In this document: in pieces, positions 10,104 to 19,432 of the stretch
Layout: each line of letters begins with the position of its first letter
Position numbering within the stretch: position 1 is the first letter of the stretch
Assembly (NCBI GenBank): GCA_043806595.1
Contig: JAZDGU010000004.1
Location: forward strand, 1 to 64,000
Length of the DNA: 64,000 nucleotides
Direction: 5' to 3'
From: Candidatus Micrarchaeota archaeon
Lineage (GTDB): Archaea; Micrarchaeota; Micrarchaeia; Norongarragalinales; SBBD01
The notes under the pieces: generated by a model
What the model saw: the letters and a program-made list of their open reading frames with translations, nothing else
What the model was told of the DNA's origin: nothing
Database searches by the model: none
Translations under genes and position numbers: made by a program

Positions 10104-10817
10104 TCAATGGTAGAGTTCGGCGAAGACCTTCTCCTTGGGCGCGCCCAGCTGGAGCAGCTTCTCGCGCGTCTTTTCGGCCATTATCGGCACGCCACAGGCG
10201 TAGAATTCCTTGTCCCCCGCATCGCGCCCGAACAGCCGCTCGATGAGGTCGGGCACGAAGCCCTTCTCACCCTTCCAGTCGCCGACATCCTCGTCGCTCA
10301 AGACCGGGTAGTAATGGAAGTTCTTGTGCGATTCCGCCAGCGCCCGGAATTCCTTGTCGTAGATTATCTCGGACTGGTTGCGGATGCCGAAGAGGAGCCA
10401 CACCTGCCTTGCGGTGCCCTCCCCGAACATTAGGTCGAGCATGGACTTGAATGGCGCTATGCCCGTGCCGCTCGCGCAGAATACGACGTCCTGCTCGTTG
10501 CCCTTCAGGCCGAACATGCCGTACGGGCCTGAGACTGTGACGGGGCTGCCGGGCGCGAGGTCGCACAGGTAGTTCGAGCCGGGGCCTTGCGGCACGCGCT
10601 TGATGCAGAGCTCGAAAAAGCGTTTCTCCAGGGGGCTGCTGGCGAAGGAATACGGCCGCGGGAGCTCCTTTCCGTCCGGCAGGGGGACGTGCGCCATGGC
10701 GAACTGGCCGGGCTTGAACGAGAAGGGGTTCGACGCCTCCACGGAAATCCTGACGAGGTGCACCGTCGGCGTCGCCTGGACGTTCTCCACCACCGTGGCT
10801 TGAATTTTCTGTACCAT
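10104..10817 (-). CDS. FAD/NAD(P)-binding oxidoreductase (ferredoxin-NADP reductase-like)
   Basis: FKPGQF, RPYSFAS, GPGSNYL, GPYG, SGTGIAP and YACG motifs. Confidence 0.9.
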   Translation of the reverse strand: MVQKIQATVVENVQATPTVHLVRISVEASNPFSFKPGQFAMAHVPLPDGKELPRPYSFASSPLEKRFFELCIKRVPQGPGSNYLCDLAPGSPVTVSGPYGMFGLKGNEQDVVFCASGTGIAPFKSMLDLMFGEGTARQVWLLFGIRNQSEIIYDKEFRALAESHKNFHYYPVLSDEDVGDWKGEKGFVPDLIERLFGRDAGDKEFYACGVPIMAEKTREKLLQLGAPKEKVFAELYH

Positions 10818-10880
10818 TCAAATGCACCGGCACAATTTGGGCGGCAACGGTTTTTAATGTCTGCGTAGGGTACATTCCGC

Positions 10881-11327
10881 ATGGAGACGCTCGCGAGGAA
10901 AATGCGGGGGCAGGGATTCACTTTCGCCGGGATATGCAGGCCTCAGGATAACTACGTCCAGATCCGGCTCGTCAAAAACCGGGGAAAAATCACGCGAAAA
11001 GGGCTCGAAAGGCTCGGAGCCGCCGCAAGGGAATTCGAGAGACGGCAGGGAGCGCGCGACCTGTATACGGAATCTGCGAGCCGAGCAATTTTAAACGACA
11101 TCAGGGGCTACGCCCGGACCGCGAGGAGGCTCCTTTCGCGGAAACCGGAGCCGGAGCCGCTGGAAGGCCTCAGGGGCATCAATGCGCAGGTACGGCACAT
11201 AAAAGGCTGGAAGAGGGAAGTGGTAATTGACCTGTTCGCGAAGGGAAGCCCGGGGCACACGAAGCGCTTCAGCGATGAAACAGTAGGGGCGATTGAATCG
11301 GCGATGCGTGCGGTGCGCCGCCGGTGA
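10881..11327 (+). CDS. Hypothetical basic protein
   Basis: 148-aa Arg/Lys-rich ORF filling the gap, with a TATA-like TTTTAA upstream; no recognised family. Confidence 0.6.
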   Translation: METLARKMRGQGFTFAGICRPQDNYVQIRLVKNRGKITRKGLERLGAAAREFERRQGARDLYTESASRAILNDIRGYARTARRLLSRKPEPEPLEGLRGINAQVRHIKGWKREVVIDLFAKGSPGHTKRFSDETVGAIESAMRAVRRR

Positions 11328-11329
11328 AC

Positions 11330-11719
11330 TTAGGCCGGAAGGGCAACCCGGTCGACAGGAAGCTTGAACCTGAACAAATGCCTGGTGGACTTGCATGGGA
11401 GAAGCCTGCCGGATTCCGCCACGCGCATGACCAGCTCCTTTGAGACTGGCAGGCGCCTCCTACGCGCGCTGACTGAAACGCCGCCGCCCGAATAATCCAC
11501 GACGACGGCCGGCACCATGCCGATGCCGATTCTTTTCAGGCATGCCAGCCGGTGGTGGCCGTCGAGCACGACGAAATCCTCGCTCACGACGAGCGGGTGG
11601 ACGCCGCCGGCGGAGGCGATTTCGGCCATCACCTCCCTCTCCCGGCGCGCGCTGGTCCTCTCGTGCGCCTTGAGCAGGGACGTTGGCAACATTACTGGCC
11701 TAATCCTTGAGCTCGCCAT
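11330..11719 (-). CDS. ParB/Srx-fold protein; putative minimal SerK/SbnI-type free serine kinase
   Basis: LKAHE, VLDGHHR, VVDY and [16 protein letters not shown] parallel SerK motifs PHE, DGHHR, ILDY and TKEEV..GEVFSPKTTRH. Overlaps the 3' end of trpB2; alternative start 11692. Confidence 0.75.
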   Translation of the reverse strand: MASSRIRPVMLPTSLLKAHERTSARREREVMAEIASAGGVHPLVVSEDFVVLDGHHRLACLKRIGIGMVPAVVVDYSGGGVSVSARRRRLPVSKELVMRVAESGRLLPCKSTRHLFRFKLPVDRVALPA

Positions 11720-13013
11720 CCAGATACGCCCGGTACCCGTTCAAGTCCAGCAGGCCGTGGCCGCTGAGGTTGAAGACAATGGCCTTTCCGGCATTGCTCT
11801 TCCTGCACGCAAGCGCCTCGTCGATTACTGCGGAAATCGCATGCGCGGACTCCGGCGCGGGGACTATCCCTTCGGTGTGGGCGAAGAGCAGACCGGCCTC
11901 GAAGGTTTTCGCCTGCGGGTAGGCAACGGGCCGCACGAGGCCCTGGTCGATGAGCAGGGAAACCGCCGGGGCCATGCCGTGGAAGCGCAGCCCGCCGGCG
12001 TGTATGGGGGAGGGCACGAAGTCCCTGCCAAGCGTGTGCATCTTCAACAGGGGGGTCGTGCCCGCGGCGTCGCCGAAGTCGTACTCGTACCTGCCCTTGG
12101 TCGTCGACGGGCAGGAAACCGGCTCGACGGCAACGAACTTGGCCGAAGACGTGCCTTTCAGGCGGTCCTGCATGAAGGGAAACGCGAAGCCCGCGAAGTT
12201 GGAGCCTCCGCCGACGCAGCCGATGAGCACGTCCGGGGTATCGCCGGCAATCTGCAGCTGCGCCTTGGCCTCAAGGCCGATGACGGTCTGGTGCAAGAGC
12301 ACGTGGTTGAGAACCGAGCCGAGCGAATATTTAGCGCCAGGGTTTGCCGCGACCATCTCGAGCGCCTCGCTTATCGCGATTCCGATCGAACCGGGGTGGC
12401 CCGGCCGTGCGGCAAGCACCTTGCGGCCGAACCGGGTGCGCTTGCCCGGCGAGGCGTGGACCTTGGCGCCGTACGACTCCATGAGCGTGCGCCGCATGGG
12501 CTTCTGCTCGAAGCTGGCCTTGACCATGAACACCTCCACCTGAAGGCCGAAGAGCGCGCCGGCATATGCCAGCGCCGTCCCCCATTGGCCCGCGCCGGTC
12601 TCGGTGTAAAGCTGCCCTACGCCTTCCTTGGCGTTGTAATACGCCTGCGCGACCGCGGTGTTCGCCTTGTGGCTGCCGCACGGGTTGAGCGACTCGTTCT
12701 TGAAGTAAATTTTCGCCGGCGTCTTCAGGTAGGATTCGAGGCGTTTCGCGCGGACCAACGGCGTCGGCCTCCCGAGCCGAAGGAGGGCGTCCCTGACCTC
12801 GCCGGGAATGCGTATCCGCGGCTCAGCGCTCATCTCCTGCGCTACCAGCGCCTTGGGGAATATCGCCTCAAGCGCCGCGGCAGGCACCGGCTCCCTTGTC
12901 GCGGGGTGCAGGGGCGGCGGCAACGGCGCCGGCAGGTCGGGGAGAATGTTGTAATACTCCCGCGGGACGTCGTTCTCGTCCAGCAGTATCTTCACCGGTT
13001 CACTTGCGCTCAT
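11700..13013 (-). CDS. trpB2: Tryptophan synthase beta chain, TrpB2 type
   Basis: [16 protein letters not shown] (PLP Lys), [39 protein letters not shown] and NLSGHG motifs. GGTGA SD before ATG 13013. Confidence 0.94.
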   Translation of the reverse strand: MSASEPVKILLDENDVPREYYNILPDLPAPLPPPLHPATREPVPAAALEAIFPKALVAQEMSAEPRIRIPGEVRDALLRLGRPTPLVRAKRLESYLKTPAKIYFKNESLNPCGSHKANTAVAQAYYNAKEGVGQLYTETGAGQWGTALAYAGALFGLQVEVFMVKASFEQKPMRRTLMESYGAKVHASPGKRTRFGRKVLAARPGHPGSIGIAISEALEMVAANPGAKYSLGSVLNHVLLHQTVIGLEAKAQLQIAGDTPDVLIGCVGGGSNFAGFAFPFMQDRLKGTSSAKFVAVEPVSCPSTTKGRYEYDFGDAAGTTPLLKMHTLGRDFVPSPIHAGGLRFHGMAPAVSLLIDQGLVRPVAYPQAKTFEAGLLFAHTEGIVPAPESAHAISAVIDEALACRKSNAGKAIVFNLSGHGLLDLNGYRAYLDGELKD

Positions 13014-13018
13014 CCAAA

Positions 13019-13327
13019 TCACCCATCGAACAACGCCCTTGCCAGCCGAGTCGGCACTACGGGCATGAACTTCGAATCCCTACCGCCGCCCTCAAGCAGG
13101 CCGAGCGTGCGCATCCGCCGGATCGCCCTGCGGGCCGTCGGCTCGCTGACCCTGCAGGCCCCCGATACTTCAAGCGCCAGGTGGTAGGAGGAAAGCCGGC
13201 CGGAATAGGAATAGGAGTACACGGTCGTGTAGAGCTGGAGCCTGCCGGCGTCCGAGGAAAGCAACGCACGGCACAGGCGGATGGCTTCAGAATCAGGTTG
13301 AGCTAGCGCTGTCCGTGCCCGCGCCAT
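13019..13327 (-). CDS. Putative winged-helix transcriptional regulator
   Basis: [32 protein letters not shown] followed by a wing and PTRLARAL; ends 5 nt before trpB2. Confidence 0.65.
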   Translation of the reverse strand: MARARTALAQPDSEAIRLCRALLSSDAGRLQLYTTVYSYSYSGRLSSYHLALEVSGACRVSEPTARRAIRRMRTLGLLEGGGRDSKFMPVVPTRLARALFDG

Positions 13328-13501
13328 CGGCGGGCCCCGACCTCGAATGCTTGGACGTTTGCCTGCTCCATTTGATACCGGAAGGGTATTGGCGGCCCAA
13401 GGAATATAAGCGTTTTCAGTCAGCGCGCTGACGGAGGCCGCCTGAGTTCAACGCACGGTTTAAAAGCCGGGGGGAGCGGAAGACTTGCTGGTGAAAAGAA
13501 A

Positions 13502-13639
13502 ATGCCGAAAGCCACGCACGTCTGCGCCGGAACCTGCGGCGCAAGGATCACCCGCGAGGAGTACGGGAAGGGGCTGCACGCCTGCGGCGCCAAGACCTGC
13601 AGCCACCATGGGAAGCCTTTTAAGAAGGTAGCAAACTGA
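13502..13639 (+). CDS. Small Cys/His-rich (zinc-binding-like) protein, 45 aa
   Basis: Manual translation MPKATHVCAGTCGARITREEYGKGLHACGAKTCSHHGKPFKKVAN; GGTGA SD and TTTAAA TATA upstream. Confidence 0.7.
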   Translation: MPKATHVCAGTCGARITREEYGKGLHACGAKTCSHHGKPFKKVAN

Positions 13640-13654
13640 TTTCCAGCGGTCGAA

Positions 13655-13807
13655 ATGCCAAGGAAGAAGAAGGCAACGGGCGGAGGCCCCGGCGGGGGCA
13701 TGGATGCACCCGCGGGTATAGAGGGCGAGGACCTCGACCTGCTCAAGACGCTGCGCGCGCGGCGCAAGGCGGAGCTTGAGGAGCTCGCAAAGCAGGAGGA
13801 TGACTGA
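13655..13807 (+). CDS. Small hypothetical protein, 50 aa
   Basis: Manual translation [50 protein letters not shown]; host-like codon usage. Confidence 0.55.
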   Translation: MPRKKKATGGGPGGGMDAPAGIEGEDLDLLKTLRARRKAELEELAKQEDD

Positions 13808-13865
13808 AGACATCTGATTATGGCAGACAAATTCCTGACGCACCCGAAAAATGAGGGGGAAGGAA

Positions 13866-14285
13866 ATGGGCGAGCGCATCGTCAGACACCCTGACGCCGA
13901 AGGAAGGATACTGATAGATTCCGGGGGAGAGGTTCGCGGGCGCATCCGCTACAGCTCCCGCATTGGACAGCGAATCACGAAAATCCGCATGCATGGATTG
14001 AACCACTTCATTCTCCCATCAAGCGAGGGCGGAGTCAGAATCCTCAATCGCTTGCTGGGAAAAATAATAAGGACCGGCCTGCGCGGTCGTTCGGGGGTAT
14101 TCCAGAATCCGTTGGGAGGCGAACCGCTGCTTGTTCACGACGGACGGGTGCTTGGGCGCATTATTGCGAGCGGCAACCCGAGGGAAGGCCTTATGGCCGT
14201 TCAAACAGGCGCCAGAATGCACGTAGTCGGCCCGATCCCCACGGAGACTGCAAGAGCAATCGCAGCGGCCATCAGGAAAGGATAG
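13866..14285 (+). CDS. Hypothetical basic protein
   Basis: ORF starting MGERIVRH with a purine-rich upstream region; no recognised family. Confidence 0.55.
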   Translation: MGERIVRHPDAEGRILIDSGGEVRGRIRYSSRIGQRITKIRMHGLNHFILPSSEGGVRILNRLLGKIIRTGLRGRSGVFQNPLGGEPLLVHDGRVLGRIIASGNPREGLMAVQTGARMHVVGPIPTETARAIAAAIRKG

Positions 14286-14346
14286 GCCACAGGTGCCGGA
14301 AAGTGACATAATGCAAGCCGCACGATGCGGACACGCGGGTCGGAGA

Positions 14347-15072
14347 CTACGAATAGGCGGGGTTGTTCTGCATCTCGTCGTAGTCGGTGTGCATGGCCTT
14401 TATCTTGCTCATGTTGTCCGCGATTTTCTCCTGAATCGCCTTGCCCTCGGCCTCGAGCTGCTTGACGTCGACGTCCAGCCCCACGACGGCCTTGACCTTG
14501 TTCAGCAGCATTGCCGCGCGCTGGGGCGCCATCGGCAGGTCCACCTGCACCAGCAGGTTCGCCGCGGGGATGCCCTCGGAGGCGCATTCCGCGATGAGGA
14601 TGCCGCTCACGCCCTGCGTCGCGCCCTCGCGCACGAGCTCTATGTCGAACTTGCGGAGCTTGTCGGCCATCTTCTTCGTCGAGCAGATGCCATAGACCTT
14701 GGAATCCGGGGTCTGCGACGCTATGCCAGCGAGGGAGTAGATTTCCGAGGCGTTCTTGTCCTTGGCGTACTTGATTATGCGCTGCGAGAGCGCGTAGACG
14801 ACCTCCGCGGGTATCATGAACTCGGAAAAGAGGATGATGAGGTTGTGCTCCTCGCTCGCGTAGATGCGCGCCGGGGACATCGGCACGAAGTCGTGTATCG
14901 CGGCAATCGGCGGGAAGTGCGAGCTCTGTATGTAGCCGACGAGTTTCATCTTCAGCTTGTCGGCGAGGAACGAGGAGGAAATCGTGCCGATCATGCCGAC
15001 GCCGGGGAATCCCTCGATGATTACGGGGTTCTTCAGCCTGACCTTTGCTACTTCGCGGATTTCCACGAGCAC
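14347..15072 (-). CDS. Proteasome assembly chaperone (PAC2 family)
   Basis: IIEGFPGVGMIGTI, SSHFPP, PARIY and GVSGILI motifs. Confidence 0.9.
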   Translation of the reverse strand: MLVEIREVAKVRLKNPVIIEGFPGVGMIGTISSSFLADKLKMKLVGYIQSSHFPPIAAIHDFVPMSPARIYASEEHNLIILFSEFMIPAEVVYALSQRIIKYAKDKNASEIYSLAGIASQTPDSKVYGICSTKKMADKLRKFDIELVREGATQGVSGILIAECASEGIPAANLLVQVDLPMAPQRAAMLLNKVKAVVGLDVDVKQLEAEGKAIQEKIADNMSKIKAMHTDYDEMQNNPAYS

Positions 15073-15082
15073 GGCGACTCCC

Positions 15083-15187
15083 CTAGAATTTGGTGAAGAC
15101 GGTCTTCGCGTAGTATGCGACTATCGTCACGAACAGCACGGCCGTGCCGACCAGCAGAAGATACTCGATTGCAGCCTGCGCCTTCAT
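15083..15187 (-). CDS. Minimal class III signal-peptide protein (pilin-like, 34 aa)
   Basis: Manual translation MKAQAAIEYLLLVGTAVLFVTIVAYYAKTVFTKF: KA|QxxxE prepilin motif; ATGA overlap with the upstream TadC-like gene. Confidence 0.8.
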   Translation of the reverse strand: MKAQAAIEYLLLVGTAVLFVTIVAYYAKTVFTKF

Positions 15188-15999
15188 GCGAACACCCGCG
15201 CGCCCGCCACCGCCCGGAAAACGAGCAGCGAAAACGGGGCAACAATACACAGATACACGCCCGCTTTTTTAATGTTCCCCTCCTGCAGCGCCACGAAGCA
15301 CGAGGACAGCGCGGAGAAGAGGAACAGGTAGAGCTGGCAGGCGAGAAAGAACGCCGGCGGCACCGGCGCCGCGCCGTCAAGGGAGGCAAGGGACGCGCTC
15401 GACTGGATAAGGGAGCCGAGGATGAAGGGAAGCAGCAAGGCAGCCGCGGCGAGCAGCGTGTACTTCTGCAGGGACGCCAGCGCGGCGCCCTCTTCCGACA
15501 GGCGGAGCATTTCCCCGGCGTCCTCGGCGACGCCGTGGACCGCGCGCGAGAGCTGGCCGCCGGACTCGTGGAGCGAGACAAGCATGCGGGAGGCGCGCGA
15601 GAACGCGGGGGAGCCGTATTCTGCGGAGACCGCGGCGAACGCCCTGGCTGCTGGCACGCCGCGCCCGGCCATGGCAGAAACCCGCGCGAACGCGGAGCCG
15701 GTCTCGCCGCCGCAGGACGCGGCCTCGCAAAGCAGCTTCTCGAAGGGGGCGCCGGGAGGGGCCGAGGTCATGCGGAACAGCGCGGAGGGCAGGCCAAGCT
15801 CGAGGCCGCGGACTCTCCTTGAGAAGGCGTATTCCTCGAGCGCGGGGACGAGGAGCAGCGCTGCTGCCGCGGAATATGCGATGAGCAGGTAATCCGCTGC
15901 GAGGCCGCGGAACGCCGCGAACGCGACCGCGGAAGCGAGAATTGACGCGACGAAGTAATGGGGCAGCCTGCTACGGAAGTACTGCCATGCGGGTCCCAT
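15184..15999 (-). CDS. Type II secretion F / TadC-like pilus platform protein
   Basis: LELGLPSALFRM...FEKLL, FSRASRML and ESGGQL GspF-like motifs, flanked by TM helices. Confidence 0.75.
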   Translation of the reverse strand: MGPAWQYFRSRLPHYFVASILASAVAFAAFRGLAADYLLIAYSAAAALLLVPALEEYAFSRRVRGLELGLPSALFRMTSAPPGAPFEKLLCEAASCGGETGSAFARVSAMAGRGVPAARAFAAVSAEYGSPAFSRASRMLVSLHESGGQLSRAVHGVAEDAGEMLRLSEEGAALASLQKYTLLAAAALLLPFILGSLIQSSASLASLDGAAPVPPAFFLACQLYLFLFSALSSCFVALQEGNIKKAGVYLCIVAPFSLLVFRAVAGARVFA

Positions 16000-18900
16000 C
16001 TAGAGTTCCACCTTCCGCGGGCGGTTGCGGGCGAGCGCGGTTCCGGCAAGCGCGGCGAGGCCGACGGGGGCGAGCCATAGGTAGTCCGGCTGGTTGGATG
16101 GAACCGAGCGGGGGACGAGGCGGGCCGAGATTTCGGATGCGGCAAGGTAGGCGTCGAGATAAAGCTCCTGCGAGATGCCGGCGTCGATTGCCTCGAGGGC
16201 TAGCCTGTCCTCCTCGCCGCCGAACTGGCCTACGCGGCTACGCGCGATTTCCGCCTGATCCAGCGCCATCTCCCGGATTTCCGAGTTGTATGAGTAAAGC
16301 GCCGAGGAAGCGCCTTGCAGGGATGCGAGGAAACTCGAGATTCTTGCCGCAGACTGCCTGCCCAGCACATCCGGGTCCTTCTCCACAGCATTCGCAACCG
16401 CATCGAGCTGCTTGAGTGCAGCCGAAGCCGACTTGAATTCCGCTGCTGCGGCTGCGGCAAGCGCGGGCTTGCCCGCCCTGGAGGACGAGAAGAAGCGGGA
16501 ATATTCCTCAATGGCGGTCGAAAAATCCGTTCGCGAGGCCGAGAAGTTCTCCAGCAGTTCGGAGACCGCCTGCGTCGAATCGGGTGCGCCTTCCGCGCCG
16601 GCCGGGTTCCATGCGGCCGCGGATGCCGGCGCGCCTACAGCGTCGGACGCGGGCGGGGGCGTCGCAAGGATTGCGGGCTGCGCGCCCTCCATCGACGCAA
16701 GGGACTGTTCGACCTCGTAGGCGGCCTCGAGCGCCTCCTCCCAACGCGAATCCAAGGCAAGGCTCTTGGCGTCCGAGAGTTTGGCCTGAAGCGGGGAATC
16801 CGGCACGGACGCAAGGCGTTCATCGAGCTCGGCGAGCTTGAGCCGGAACGCATCCTCGGAGAAGCCCGCGCATTCGACGGACAGCGCGACGGAACGGGCC
16901 TCGCCCTCGCGCCAGGCACCTGAAGAAAGCCTCGCCCAGAGCATTCCTCCGGCATGCCCGACCGACGCCTTCAGTTCTGGCGGGAAGGACGCATTCGCGG
17001 AAAGTATTTCGCACGGCAGGGAGTCGTCGAACCGGAGTTCCGCGGAGCCGAGGTCCGAAAAAACGTTCCGGTAGTGTAGCGCGTAATCGAACCGTACGGG
17101 CAGGCCGTAAACGGGAACCGTTGTCCGGGAGGCGGAATGCTCGAACGGGTTTGCGGAGAAGAATGTGATTTCCAGATCGGTCCTGCCGGATGCAGCGTCG
17201 AGGACCAGCTCCAGCCAGCCTTTGGAGAACGTATCGCCGTAGGGCGCGGAAGACGACACGGAATAATTCGAGCCCGGGGGAGCCCGAATCCGGAACAGCA
17301 CGGGCAGGGGCAACGAGGAGTCGATTGAAACGGAAACCGCCTTCTCGGCGGAATCCAGCCCAGCGGCAGACGCGCGCTCATTCATTGCGACAATCCGCGA
17401 CGGCACCGCGGAGAAGGCGATGGCGACGGAATAATCCGATTGGATTACGCCGGAGAAGACCGCGCGCAGGCCGCCCTGACCCGATTCAACGGAAAGTCCG
17501 GGGGAGGCGTTCACAACGCGGGCGTCGGAGGCGTTGAACGGAAGGGCGACATAAAACTTTTCCGGGGACTCGAAGGGCAAGGAATTCCCGAATGAGACCC
17601 GGGCTTCAACGTCGGCCCGCGCCCCAGGCTCGGTGGGGACAGCTGAAAATTGGACGAGCATGCTCCCCTCCAGCTCGCCCTGGATAAGCCGGCCTTTGTC
17701 CTTCTCCACGCCTGCGCGCACTGACGAGAGAAAAACCCGCATCGGCTTGAGGCGCCCGACGGCCTGCAAAGGGTCCAACTTGCCGCCGTGGAAAAACCCG
17801 GAATAAGCGGAAAGTGCATCGCGCTCGCCCGCCGAAAGGAACGCCTCCGCGGCCTCGGCGAATGCGAAGTCGGATTCGACGGAAGCGAACTCCTCGAACG
17901 CAGCGCGCCGCAGGCCTTCCTCGATGCCCAACAGTTCTCCGGAAAGAACCCTGACCGCGGCGTAATTGCCCTCGGAAGGCTCGGACAGGCGGCCGAGTGC
18001 GGACGCAACGGTCGACAGCCTCTGCCGGAACGCGGTGACGTCGATGCCGTCCTTCTCCGCGCCGGCGAGAAGGCCGCCGAGGCGCTGCGCCGCGCCTTCC
18101 GCCTCGGAATGGGCGAAGGCATATGCGTCCTGCGCGCCGCATGCCTCGCGGATCCTGCCGAGGAAGACCAGCTGGGCCAGCAGGTGCGTGATCCTCGCGC
18201 CCGCCGAATTCTTCGACGCGTATTCGACGCGCATCTTCCCGAAATCGGAGAGCATCGACTGGAGCACGGCATACGATACCGGCTCGCCGCGCCTGCCTTC
18301 GGCAAGGAGCCTCACTTCCGCTTCTTCCCTCGCGGACCTTCCCTCGAGCAGCATGCGCGCCGAGGACGCCGACTCCATGAGCTCGCCCCCGCCGTCCGAA
18401 ATTCCCTCGAGGATGGCGAGTGCGCGCCGGCGCAGGACCACGGCGCGGCCGAGGTAGCCGCGGCTCCTCGCCGAAAGCAAATCATCCGCCTGCCTGGCAA
18501 CCAGCTTTGCGAGCGACCCGTCCTCCTCGAGTGCGCGCACCCCGTCCTTGAAGGAGACCGGCCCGCTTGAGGGCTCGAAGATGCCGCCGTAGATGTACGG
18601 ATACGCCTCCTCCGGGATGTCGGCAAGCTCCTCCTGCTTGATGCGGGCGAGCACTGCATCCGCGGCCAGCCGTGCCACCTCGAGTGCCTCGCCGAGGCTC
18701 CGGCTCGCCTGCCACATGCCGGTTATGGATTCGTCGATGCGGCGGGCAAGCGAAAAAGTGCACGCCAGCACGGAATTCGGGCCGGCGAGGTCCTGCAGCA
18801 CCGACAAATTGGCGATGTTCGCGAGGTAGTCCTCGCTGAGGGCGCGGAGCTTTGACGAAGACGAGACCATCCTCTGCCCGAGGGAGGTGCCGTCCGACGA

Positions 18901-19389
18901 CGAGGAAAGGAGATGGCGCTCGGTCTCCCTGATTTCGTTGCGCACGCCCTGGGCGAAGTCATCGGACTCGTCCTGCAGGGCCTCGAACTCCGCGAACCGC
19001 GAGTCAAGCGCCTCGAGTCCGGCGCGGGCAGCCGAGGACGCCTCGTTGAGCGCGTCGACGGCCAGGTAGTGGCAGCCGAGGACGACGAGCGGCCGCAGGT
19101 GCGGGGCGATGTGGAACACATCCTGCACGGATGCGAGCAGCTTAGCGTGCCGGAGGTGCGTGCGGGCGGAATCGTAGTGCGCAAGCGCCTTGGCGAAACC
19201 CGCGCCTTGCAGCACGGGCAGCCCATCGAGGTCCATCGCCGACACGTAGCGGCAATTCGAGGACAGCGAGGCGAGCTTGACGAAGGAGACGTGCACTTCC
19301 GGAAGAAGGTAGTTGTATTCCGAAAGCGATGAGGCGCCCGCGAGGAACGCGAGCAAAAGCGAGGCAAAGACGGCACGCAAGCGAATCAC
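16000..19389 (-). CDS. Large exported, C-terminally membrane-anchored protein (1129 aa)
   Basis: N-terminal signal peptide, long helical or coiled-coil regions, beta-rich middle, C-terminal TM and basic tail; abuts the TadC-like gene. Confidence 0.75.
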   Translation of the reverse strand: MIRLRAVFASLLLAFLAGASSLSEYNYLLPEVHVSFVKLASLSSNCRYVSAMDLDGLPVLQGAGFAKALAHYDSARTHLRHAKLLASVQDVFHIAPHLRPLVVLGCHYLAVDALNEASSAARAGLEALDSRFAEFEALQDESDDFAQGVRNEIRETERHLLSSSSDGTSLGQRMVSSSSKLRALSEDYLANIANLSVLQDLAGPNSVLACTFSLARRIDESITGMWQASRSLGEALEVARLAADAVLARIKQEELADIPEEAYPYIYGGIFEPSSGPVSFKDGVRALEEDGSLAKLVARQADDLLSARSRGYLGRAVVLRRRALAILEGISDGGGELMESASSARMLLEGRSAREEAEVRLLAEGRRGEPVSYAVLQSMLSDFGKMRVEYASKNSAGARITHLLAQLVFLGRIREACGAQDAYAFAHSEAEGAAQRLGGLLAGAEKDGIDVTAFRQRLSTVASALGRLSEPSEGNYAAVRVLSGELLGIEEGLRRAAFEEFASVESDFAFAEAAEAFLSAGERDALSAYSGFFHGGKLDPLQAVGRLKPMRVFLSSVRAGVEKDKGRLIQGELEGSMLVQFSAVPTEPGARADVEARVSFGNSLPFESPEKFYVALPFNASDARVVNASPGLSVESGQGGLRAVFSGVIQSDYSVAIAFSAVPSRIVAMNERASAAGLDSAEKAVSVSIDSSLPLPVLFRIRAPPGSNYSVSSSAPYGDTFSKGWLELVLDAASGRTDLEITFFSANPFEHSASRTTVPVYGLPVRFDYALHYRNVFSDLGSAELRFDDSLPCEILSANASFPPELKASVGHAGGMLWARLSSGAWREGEARSVALSVECAGFSEDAFRLKLAELDERLASVPDSPLQAKLSDAKSLALDSRWEEALEAAYEVEQSLASMEGAQPAILATPPPASDAVGAPASAAAWNPAGAEGAPDSTQAVSELLENFSASRTDFSTAIEEYSRFFSSSRAGKPALAAAAAAEFKSASAALKQLDAVANAVEKDPDVLGRQSAARISSFLASLQGASSALYSYNSEIREMALDQAEIARSRVGQFGGEEDRLALEAIDAGISQELYLDAYLAASEISARLVPRSVPSNQPDYLWLAPVGLAALAGTALARNRPRKVEL

Positions 19390-19432
19390 CCTACGCCCTT
19401 TGCCTCAAGGGGGTTTGGGGGGCTAGCAATTA

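Noticed and set aside
11330..11719. ParB chromosome-partition protein
   Set aside because: No HTH or dimerisation domain and no parA nearby; the C-terminal KSTRH motif fits SerK/SbnI better.
11517..13187. 556-aa plus-strand ORF
   Set aside because: Antisense shadow of trpB2 with no motifs; expected in GC-rich DNA.
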